Origin: Diplonema japonicum
Taxonomy: Eukaryota > Protista > Euglenozoa: Diplonemea
NCBI GenBank assembly: GCA_964019335.1
Contig: OZ025770.1
Location: 1-32,737, forward strand
Direction: 5' to 3'
DNA length: 32,737 bases
In this document: positions 1 through 10,329 of the stretch, piece after piece
Layout of the letters: each line of letters begins with the position of its first letter
Position numbering within the stretch: position 1 is the first letter of the stretch
Program-made: the position numbers and the translations under genes
Notes under the pieces: generated by a model
Databases searched by the model: none
The model's input: only the letters and a program-made list of their open reading frames with translations
What the model was told of the DNA's origin: nothing

Positions 1-699
1 GGAGTATGGAACCAGTGGAATACCAGGAGTACTAACACAGGTAATGCCACCAATACACTGAGTGTGTGGCATAGAGCATATCCTACCACCAGTACACACA
101 CAGTATGCATGAGCATATATCCTGTGTAGTGCTACATGTGCAATGGATGCATGTAGTACTGTCATAGGTATCATGGCTAGTACATAGTATGATATCAGTA
201 GCACAGGTATCCTGAGAGTGGAGGAACCTGTGGAATACTAGAAGTACTAACTCAGAGAATACCAGGAGTATGAAGTACACCATCTCTAGCTAACACAGGT
301 AATACCACCAGTAGCTGTGGTGGTGCCATGTACTGTATACCATATCATGCACACCAGTACATACTGTATGTACGTAGGGAATACATAGTATGTAGTGCAT
401 AGAGCACAGGGGATACATACTGTGCTAACTATGATATCTAGTGCTGTCAGTAGTACAGAGGTGTGCAGAGAGGGAATACCAGAAGTAGTGGAATCATGAG
501 AACTAATAAACCACTAATCTGGAGAAGTACGAAGGATAGGAACAGGGACATATCTAGTAGCACAGGCAATGGCACCAATGCACAGGATGCAGTGCCATGT
601 ACTGTATACCATATCATGCACACCAATACATACTGTATGTACGTAGGGAATACATAGTATGTAGTGCATAGAGCACAATGGAGGCATGTAGTACTACCA

Positions 700-900
700 T
701 AGATAATAGGGTGTCTAGAGGATAGGTCATATGGGGTGATTATGGGCATACCCAAAATACCACTTTATTGGTAGGTACCTCATTCTATTCGAAGACTCAA
801 GGGAATGGTCCCAGACCAATTCTGAGAAATGATATCCCCTTTTTGGGAAAAGGCCCGGTGAGCCTCGGACCTCATTTCAGGCCTAAAAGGGGGTCTCTAG
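700..900. other. A/T-tract-containing segment specific to type I constant regions (copies at ~6590-6790 and ~12325-12525)
   Basis: Contains AAAA/TTTT runs that are rare elsewhere, and a CCTTTT-TGGG-AAAAGG hairpin at 838-853. Absent from the constant regions after 16.2 kb. Confidence 0.75.
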
Positions 901-1374
901 GTGTACAGGGCATATCTAGTAATATGTAGGTAGTACATTATCCCTTGTATACTGTAGTATTAGGGACATGTAGTGCTACCATTAGTACAGACAGTGTAAC
1001 ACAGTGAATATGTTGTTGCACCAGTATTCACACAGTGTATCTAAGTAAGTAACTATGGAAGTACATGTTAATAGTAAGTACATCATCCCATAAGGGTGTG
1101 GCTATACATCTGGGATACCTGTGGGGAGCATATACAGGTGGTAGTACAGACACACTGTTTAGCTAAGTACCATAACACAGGAACATAGACAGTGTGAAGT
1201 ACGTAATACCACAGTATGCATGGGATAACAGTAAGTACAGTAACTACACATTATCAGAGAACAGCAGAGAGTGTGTAACCCCTGATAACGGTGTGCTGTA
1301 CAGAGGTATCCTTAGAAAGGGTGCTTTAACCTGGGGATTAGGGTGTAGAGACCTGTATATGGACTCATGTCCTT

Positions 1375-1392
1375 ACGCGCGCGCGCGCGCGT
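1375..1392. repeat. A(CG)8T perfect palindrome / Z-DNA-prone tract, first of two per unit
   Basis: ACGCGCGCGCGCGCGCGT followed by GGGGGATATAGCGAGGTAATT. Second copy at 2108-2125; both recur in all six units. Confidence 0.95.
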
Positions 1393-2103
1393 GGGGGATA
1401 TAGCGAGGTAATTCTACGAATTCATCCGTAGTGTCCCACAAGGGTTTCAGGAATTGCATAGCTACAGGGACGTAAACCCCTAGATTGGGACCCCTCGGAA
1501 CCCTTAGATCCTGGGATTAGGGATGCTAGGACCTGTTAGCAGAGGTACGGAGGCCTGTGGGGAGTATATCCAGAGGTACTGATATCCATAACATACAAGA
1601 GGAAGCACACTGTTTAGCTAAGTACAGTAACACACTACACACTAACACAGAGAGTAACACAGACAGTGTGTAGTAATACATGTAGTAGCACAAGCAGTGC
1701 TCCAGAAGGGTGTAGCTATGCATCTGGGGATAACACCAACTAACAGGAACACCAGCAGAAGGGTGTGTTCTCTGGGGGTAGCACAAGTAGGGTGTCTGGT
1801 GGTGGTATCTCATAACAGGGGATTCCATAGCAGGGCACGTCTGGGGGCCTGTAGTAAGTACCTGTTAGCAGAGACACACACTGTTACCAGGGACACACAC
1901 TGTTAGCAGAGAGTATGTAACCACTGGTATGGGGGTAGTACATTATCCCTTGTATACTGTGGTATTAGCCCCTACACACTGTCTACTAACCCCTATGTAT
2001 TAGACCCTTATCCTAACCCCTCTCTGTACCCCCTTATATTGGGGGTCCTATACCCTACCCCTTTGGGGACACCTTGGGGGCACCTTACTATCCTAACAGT
2101 TAT

Positions 2104-2400
2104 CCTTACGCGCGCGCGCGCGCGTGGGGGATATAGCGAGGTAATTTGCATAATTCTTACGTAGTGTCCCACAAGGGTTTCAGGAATTGCATAGCTACAG
2201 GGACGTAGATATTCTCTGGGACGTAGCGGGTTAATTTGCAGAAATCACCCGTAGGAGCCCAGAGAGGTGTCCCAATATTGGAGGGCTACAGGGACGTAAA
2301 CCATTCCAGGGCTCCTACGGGGTAATTCTACGAATTCACCCGATACAGCCCTGAAGGGGTTCAGGAATCGGAGGGCTACAGGGACGTAAACCCCTAGCAT
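2104..2400. promoter_or_regulatory. Candidate replication origin / control block
   Basis: (CG)8 tract; GCTACAGGGACGTA at 2194, 2285 and 2375 (also at 1461); 13-bp inverted repeat 2248-2260/2309-2321; palindrome CCAATATTGG 2272-2281. Conserved in all units. Function is inferred only. Confidence 0.4.
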
Positions 2401-2452
2401 GCCCCCTTATCCAGCCCTTCTGGGACCCCTCAATATACCCTCCTATTACCAC

Positions 2453-3038
2453 CTATAATACTATCATTACATACTATGTAAGTACTGTGTATGTATCATA
2501 TATCTATCCCATGTATACGGGGGGATATATGTACATGCATAATACTAGTATTACATAATGATGTACTAACTGTATTAATGGTATCATAACCCTACTCATC
2601 CCCTCATGACATCATCCTGGGGATGGGGACCCCTTCTCTAGATCCCAGGATCCCAGGGGTGGAGACCCAACCTCTAGATCCCAGGATCCCTAGCTTGGAT
2701 ACCATCTCTAGACACCACCACATCCTGAGAGTGTCTGTAGAGATAACTATAATACTATCATTACATACTATGTAAGTACTGTGTATGTATCATATATCTA
2801 TCCCATGTATACGGGGGGATATATGTACATGCATAATACTAGTATTACATAATGATGTACTAACTGTATTAATGGTATCATAACCCTACTCATCCCCTCA
2901 TGACATCATCCTGGGGATGGGGACCCCTTCTCTAGATCCCAGGATCCCAGGGGTGGAGACCCAACCTCTAGATCCCAGGATCCCTAGCTTGGATACCATC
3001 TCTAGACACCACTACATCCTGAGAGTGTCTGTAGAGAT
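2453..3038. repeat. ~294-bp tandem duplication within the constant region
   Basis: CTATAATACTATCATTACATAC starts at 2453 and again at 2747; each copy ends GTGTCTGTAGAGATA and contains CTAGATCCCAGGATCCC subrepeats. Present in every unit. Confidence 0.92.
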
Positions 3039-3407
3039 ACCAGCATACTACTTATCATGTAAGTACTCTGTGTAGTAGTACATACAGTATATGATATACA
3101 TGTACTAGCACTAACACAGTGTGTATGCCTACTTATCATAGTAGTAGTATTATCATATCATGGCATGATGGTACATCCTAAGGATGCCAGCATATCCAGA
3201 GAGTGGGGAGAACACACCATCTCTCTAGCCATGACATCATGGAGCATACCACTAACGGTATCATTATCATAGATCATGTCATGCATGGATCATGGGATGT
3301 ACAGAGTAGAGGTATTATCTACTAGAAGAGCAGCTGTGCTCTCTAGCCATACCATCTACAGAGTATGCTGGCAGTATACTCTAGTAACCATGTACCTCAT
3401 ATCCTAG

Positions 3408-3452
3408 TCATGAGGATGGTGGCGGTATACTCTACCAACCATGTACCTCATA
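3408..3452 (+). repeat. 45-bp cassette-bracketing direct repeat, left copy (right copy 4598-4642)
   Basis: TCATGAGGATGGTGGCGGTATACTCTACCAACCATGTACCTCATA is identical on both sides of the cassette; pairs also start at 9300/10330, 15048/16239, 20978/22010 and 26704/27736. Confidence 0.92.
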
Positions 3453-3630
3453 CTGTAGCTACTCCATTATCCCTGTTCTAGGGATGGAGTGGTGGTGTAC
3501 ATCCTAGGCAACAATGCCTGTGGGAATACCACCAGTACTACAGAGAGTATCTCATACCATATCCTAGTCATGAGGATGATGGTGTGCTCTCTCTAGGGAA
3601 GTACATCCGTAGTACTATCAATAGGATATA

Positions 3631-3764
3631 CTGTAGTAAGTACAATGGTAAGTACTCATGCCAATGCATGTAGTGCTACCAGTACTGTCAGTAGTATATA
3701 CTGTAGTAAGTACAATGGTAAGTACTCATGCCAATGCATGTAGTGCTACCAGTACTGTCAGTAG
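3631..3764 (+). repeat. 70-bp spacer repeats adjoining gene modules (further copy from ~4010)
   Basis: CTGTAGTAAGTACAATGGTAAGTACTCATGCCAATGCATGTAGTGCTACCAGTACTGTCAGTAG at 3631, 3701 and 4010; variants occur in every complete cassette. Confidence 0.9.
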
Positions 3765-3784
3765 ATCCATAGCTAAGCAGAGAG

Positions 3785-4003
3785 GCTAGTGCAGGACACA
3801 GACGTCCTGTGAGCCTGTGCTGATGCTACTGACGTACGCAGAGCTGCTGTGCATAGCTGTGAGCAGAGGGATGCACTAACTATGCTCTCTAGTATCCTCA
3901 TCAGTACTCTGTCCATGCTATCAGCCTGTGTACCAGAGACAACACACAGCTGTAATACAGAGTATGTCATGCTAGCAATACTCAGAGAGCACAGCTGCTC
4001 TCA
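3785..4003 (-). CDS. nad7: NADH dehydrogenase subunit 7, internal gene module (fragment; ends approximate)
   Basis: YSVLQLCVVSGTQADSMDRVLMRILESIVSASLCSQLC aligns by eye with the Nad7/NuoD motif Y..L.FD(I/V)PVG..GDCYDRYL.R.EEM.QSL.II.QC. Unique sequence between spacer repeats. Confidence 0.72.
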
Positions 4004-4151
4004 TACATACTGTAGTAAGTACAATGGTAAGTACTCATGCCAATGCATGTAGTGCTACCAGTACTGTCAGTAGTAGTACATCCTGTAGTAATGCTAGTAG
4101 AATGTACCCGTACCATTCCTAGCTAGCACAGGTAATGCATGTAGTACTATC

Positions 4152-4424
4152 AGCTACGATGGTCATCTCTAGCAGCACTCCTACCAGCACATGACCAGCA
4201 ATGGCATTGCAGGCTGCACGTAGAGTAAGAGAGACACTACGGAAGGACGTAGATGCCATCTCTATACAGCCCAGTACAATACGTAGGATGGCAGGAAGAC
4301 CATATCCTAAGTACATGTGGGCCAATGCACTAGCACTACGAGTATAGCTAGCCATGCACAGTGCTACGAAGGCATGGGCTGCATTGATCAGTAGTATCAC
4401 CAGTAGATATGATACCACCAGTAT
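4152..4424 (-). CDS. atp6: ATP synthase subunit 6 (a), internal gene module (fragment)
   Basis: GLPAILRIVLGCIEMASTSFRSVSLTLRAACNAIAGHVLVGVL matches the Atp6 signature IE..S...R..SL..RL.AN..AGH.L, including the essential Arg. Confidence 0.93.
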
Positions 4425-4597
4425 CAGTACTGTCATACTATCAGTAAGTACAGTGGTAAGTACTCATACCATTCCTAGCTAGCACAGGTAATGCATGTAG
4501 TACTGTCAGTAGTACAGAGAGTACAGGCATGTCATATCCTGGGAGTACACACACCAATGCATCCCAGGGATGTGGTGTGCTCTCTAGCCATACCATC

Positions 4598-7500
4598 TCA
4601 TGAGGATGGTGGCGGTATACTCTACCAACCATGTACCTCATAATGAGGAGAACATGCTGGTAAGGATACTAACTAAGCATGAATACCTCTAAGCAGTACT
4701 ATCCTAAGTATGGGCAGACACACAGAGGATGTATCCCCAATACAGATAGTATGATATCAGTAGTACATCCTGTAGTACATACCATGGCATAGTACAGAAG
4801 GAGATGCCATGTTAGCTGTGCAGTAGATATCTAGTGGCACCATTCCCTGAGAACACAGGAGTATGGAACCAGTGGAATACCAGGAGTACTAACACAGGTA
4901 ATGCCACCAATACACTGAGTGTGTGGCATAGAGCATATCCTACCACCAGTACACACACAGTATGCATGAGCATATATCCTGTGTAGTGCTACATGTGCAA
5001 TGGATGCATGTAGTACTGTCATAGGTATCATGGCTAGTACATAGTATGATATCAGTAGCACAGGTATCCTGAGAGTGGAGGAACCTGTGGAATACTAGAA
5101 GTACTAACTCAGAGAATACCAGGAGTATGAAGTACACCATCTCCAGCTAACACAGGTAATACCACCAGTAGCTGTGGTGGTGCCATGTACTGTATATGAT
5201 ATCATGCACACCAATACATACTGTATGTACATAGGGAATACATACTGTGCAGTGCATAGAGCACAGGGGATACATACTGTGCTAACTATGATATCTAGTG
5301 CTGTCAGTAGTACAGAGGTATCCTGAGAGTAGTGGTAACCCTAAGTTAGGGAAAGTACTAACTCAGAGAACACCAGGAGTATGGAACTAGGGAAGTACGT
5401 CATATCCTAGTAGCACAGGCAATGGCACCAATGCACAGGATGCAGTGCCATGTACTGTATATGATATCATGCACACCAATACATACTGTATGTACATAGG
5501 GAATACATACTGTGCAGTGCATAGAGCACAGGGGATACATACTGTGCTAACTATGATATCTAGTGCTGTCAGTAGTACAGAGGTATCCTTAGAAGGGTAG
5601 TGATCCCAGAGAAGCAGTGGAATCAGGAGAACCACTAACTTGGGGAATACCAGAAGTAGTACATCCCTGGTAGCACAGGTAATACCACCAGTAGCTGTGG
5701 TGGTGCCATGTACTGTATATGATATCATGCACACCAATACACACAGTATGCATGAGCATATATCCTGTGTAGTGCTACATGTGCAATGGATGCATGTAGT
5801 ACATCCTGTAGTACATACCATGGCATAGTACAGAAGGAGATGCCATGTTAGCTGTGCAGTAGATATCTAGTGGCACCATTCCCTGAGAACACAGGAGTAT
5901 GGAACCAGTGGAATACCAGGAGTACTAACACAGGTAATGCCACCAATACACTGAGTGTGTGGCATAGAGCATATCCTACCACCAGTACACACACAGTATG
6001 CATGAGCATATATCCTGTGTAGTGCTACATGTGCAATGGATGCATGTAGTACTGTCATAGGTATCATGGCTAGTACATAGTATGATATCAGTAGCACAGG
6101 TATCCTGAGAGTGGAGGAACCTGTGGAATACTAGAAGTACTAACTCAGAGAATACCAGGAGTATGAAGTACACCATCTCTAGCTAACACAGGTAATACCA
6201 CCAGTAGCTGTGGTGGTGCCATGTACTGTATACCATATCATGCACACCAGTACATACTGTATGTACGTAGGGAATACATAGTATGTAGTGCATAGAGCAC
6301 AGGGGATACATACTGTGCTAACTATGATATCTAGTGCTGTCAGTAGTACAGAGGTGTGCAGAGAGGGAATACCAGAAGTAGTGGAATCATGAGAACTAAT
6401 AAACCACTAATCTGGAGAAGTACGAAGGATAGGAACAGGGACATATCTAGTAGCACAGGCAATGGCACCAATGCACAGGATGCAGTGCCATGTACTGTAT
6501 ACCATATCATGCACACCAATACATACTGTATGTACGTAGGGAATACATAGTATGTAGTGCATAGAGCACAATGGAGGCATGTAGTACTACCATAGATAAT
6601 AGGGTGTCTAGAGGATAGGTCATATGGGGTGATTATGGGCATACCCAAAATACCACTTTATTGGTAGGTACCTCATTCTATTCGAAGACTCAAGGGAATG
6701 GTCCCAGACCAATTCTGAGAAATGATATCCCCTTTTTGGGAAAAGGCCCGGTGAGCCTCGGACCTCATTTCAGGCCTAAAAGGGGGTCTCTAGGTGTACA
6801 GGGCATATCTAGTAATATGTAGGTAGTACATTATCCCTTGTATACTGTAGTATTAGGGACATGTAGTGCTACCATTAGTACAGACAGTGTAACACAGTGA
6901 ATATGTTGTTGCACCAGTATTCACACAGTGTATCTAAGTAAGTAACTATGGAAGTACATGTTAATAGTAAGTACATCATCCCATAAGGGTGTGGCTATAC
7001 ATCTGGGATACCTGTGGGGAGCATATACAGGTGGTAGTACAGACACACTGTTTAGCTAAGTACCATAACACAGGAACATAGACAGTGTGAAGTACGTAAT
7101 ACCACAGTATGCATGGGATAACAGTAAGTACAGTAACTACACATTATCAGAGAACAGCAGAGAGTAGTATGTAACCCCTGATAACGGGTGTGCTGTACAG
7201 AGGTATCCTTAGAAAGGGTGCTTTAACCTGGGGATTAGGGTGTAGAGACCTGTATATGGACTCATGTCCTTACGCGCGCGCGCGCGCGTGGGGGATATAG
7301 CGAGGTAATTCTACGAATTCATCCGTAGTGTCCCACAAGGGTTTCAGGAATTGCATAGCTACAGGGACGTAAACCCCTAGATTGGGACCCCTCGGAACCC
7401 TTAGATCCTGGGATTAGGGATGCTAGGACCTGTTAGCAGAGGTACGGAGGCCTGTGGGGAGTATATCCAGAGGTACTGATATCCATAACATACAAGAGGA

Positions 7501-9344
7501 AGCACACTGTTTAGCTAAGTACAGTAACACACTACACACTAACACAGAGAGTAACACAGACAGTGTGTAGTAATACATGTAGTAGCACAAGCAGTGCTCC
7601 AGAAGGGTGTAGCTATACATCTGGGGATAACACCAACTAACAGGAACACCAGCAGAAGGGTGTGTTCTCTGGGGGTAGCACAAGTAGGGTGTCTGGTGGT
7701 GGTATCTCATAACAGGGGATTCCATAGCAGGGCACGTCTGGGGGCCTGTAGTAAGTACCTGTTAGCAGAGACACACACTGTTACCAGGGACACACACTGT
7801 TAGCAGAGAGTATGTAACCACTGGTATGGGGTAGTACATTATCCCTTGTATACTGTGGTATTAGCCCCTACACACTGTCTACTAACCCCTATGTATTAGA
7901 CCCTTATCCTAACCCCTCTCTGTACCCCTTATATTGGGGTCCTATACCCTACCCCTTTGGGGACACCTTGGGGGCACCTTACTATCCTAACAGTTATCCT
8001 TACGCGCGCGCGCGCGCGTGGGGGATATAGCGAGGTAATTTGCATAATTCTTACGTAGTGTCCCACAAGGGTTTCAGGAATTGGAGGGCTACAGGGACGT
8101 AGATATTCTCTGGGACGTAGCGGGTTAATTTGCAGAAATCACCCGTAGGAGCCCAGAGAGGTGTCCCAATATTGGAGGGCTACAGGGACGTAAACCATTC
8201 CAGGGCTCCTACGGGGTAATTCTACGAATTCACCCGATACAGCCCTGAAGGGGTTCAGGAATCGGAGGGCTACAGGGACGTAAACCCCTAGCATGCCCCC
8301 TTATCCAGCCCTTCTGGGACCCCTCAATATACCCTCCTATTACCACCTATAATACTATCATTACATACTATGTAAGTACTGTGTATGTATCATATATCTA
8401 TCCCATGTATACGGGGGATATATGTACATGCATAATACTAGTATTACATAATGATGTACTAACTGTATTAATGGTATCATAACCCTACTCATCCCCTCAT
8501 GACATCATCCTGGGGATGGGGACCCCTTCTCTAGATCCCAGGATCCCAGGGGTGGAGACCCAACCTCTAGATCCCAGGATCCCTAGCTTGGATACCATCT
8601 CTAGACACCACCACATCCTGAGAGTGTCTGTAGAGATACCTATAATACTATCATTACATACTATGTAAGTACTGTGTATGTATCATATATCTATCCCATG
8701 TATACGGGGGATATATGTACATGCATAATACTAGTATTACATAATGATGTACTAACTGTATTAATGGTATCATAACCCTACTCATCCCCTCATGACATCA
8801 TCCTGGGGATGGGGACCCCTTCTCTAGATCCCAGGATCCCAGGGGTGGAGACCCAACCTCTAGATCCCAGGATCCCTAGCTTGGATACCATCTCTAGACA
8901 CCACCACATCCTGAGAGTGTCTGTAGAGATACCAGCATACTACTTATCATGTAAGTACTCTGTGTAGTAGTACATACAGTATATGATATACATGTACTAG
9001 CACTAACACAGTGTGTATGCCTACTTATCATAGTAGTAGTATTATCATATCATGGCATGATGGTACATCCTAAGGATGCCAGCATATCCAGAGAGTGGGG
9101 AGAACACACCATCTCTCTAGCCATGACATCATGGAGCATACCACTAACGGTATCATTACCATAGATCATGTCATGCATGGATCATGGGATGTACAGAGTA
9201 GAGGTATTATCTACTAGAAGAGCAGCTGTGCTCTCTAGCCATACCATCTACAGAGTATGCTGGCAGTATACTCTAGTAACCATGTACCTCATATCCTAGT
9301 CATGAGGATGGTGGCGGTATACTCTACCAACCATGTACCTCATA
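4598..9344. repeat. Constant region, unit 2 (type I; internal 1036-bp repeat period)
   Basis: Identical ORF markers at 4831 and 5867 (1036 apart); contains the A/T-tract segment, two (CG)8 tracts and the ~294-bp duplication. Confidence 0.92.
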
Positions 9345-9540
9345 CTGTAGCTACTCCATTATCCCTAGAGAAGGGAATGGTGGTGGTGTACGTCCTAGGC
9401 ACAATGCCTGTGGGGAATACCACCAGTACTGTGAGTAGTACATCCTAGCTAAGCAGAGAAGGAGATGCTCCTGCTCATGCCAATGCATGTAGTGCTATCA
9501 GTACTATCAGTAGTATATCCTGTAGTAAGTACAATGATAA

Positions 9541-9894
<354 letters not shown>

Positions 9895-9949
9895 TAGTGC
9901 TATCAGTACTATCAGTAGTATATCCTGTAGTACTAGCTGTAGGGTGCCT

Positions 9950-10177
9950 AGGAAGAGCAATGCCTTCACTGAGGTACACCACCATGAATGCTACAGCACC
10001 ATGATCTACGTAGTAACCAGATACCAGCTCTGGCTCACACTCTAGTACATCGTATGGATGCAGTGAGCACTCTACCAATGCTATGCACAGGTACACCATC
10101 ATAGCTGGTAGTGCTGCAGAGAGTACTGATGTAGTAACCATGGTACTCATGAGAGTAGTACTACTGATGATACCATG
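9950..10177 (-). CDS. nad1: NADH dehydrogenase subunit 1, internal gene module (fragment)
   Basis: ALVECSLHPYDVLECEPELVSGYYVDHGAVAFMVVYLSEG matches the Nad1 motif LAETNR.PFDL.E.ESELVSGFNVEY....FALFFLAEY. Confidence 0.93.
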
Positions 10178-10329
10178 TAAGCACAGTGCTACATACTCAT
10201 GCCATTCCTAGCTAAGCAGGAGAATGCATGTAGTGCTGTCAGTAGTACAGAGAGTACAGGCATGTATATCCTGGGAGTACAGACACCAATACATCCCAAG
10301 GATGTGGTGTGCTCTCTAGCCATACCATC

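Larger units (their letters stand above)
1..3452. repeat. Constant region of mitochondrial minichromosome unit 1 (type I, 5'-truncated), non-coding
   Basis: Near-identical to the corresponding parts of 4598-9344 and 10330-15092; the same spurious ORFs recur at ~5.7-5.9 kb offsets. Confidence 0.9.

Noticed and set aside
83-1906. Recurrent 60-144 aa ORFs in the constant regions (e.g. MESPVMRY..., MLLISYYV..., MVYFILLV...)
   Set aside because: No recognisable motifs; they overlap on both strands, lie in tandem repeats, and several appear, vanish or change ends with small indels between units. Explained by the biased composition.
3631-4500. CRISPR-like repeat/unique/repeat layout
   Set aside because: Repeats are ~70 bp and degenerate, the unique parts are 150-280 bp mitochondrial gene pieces, and there are no cas genes.
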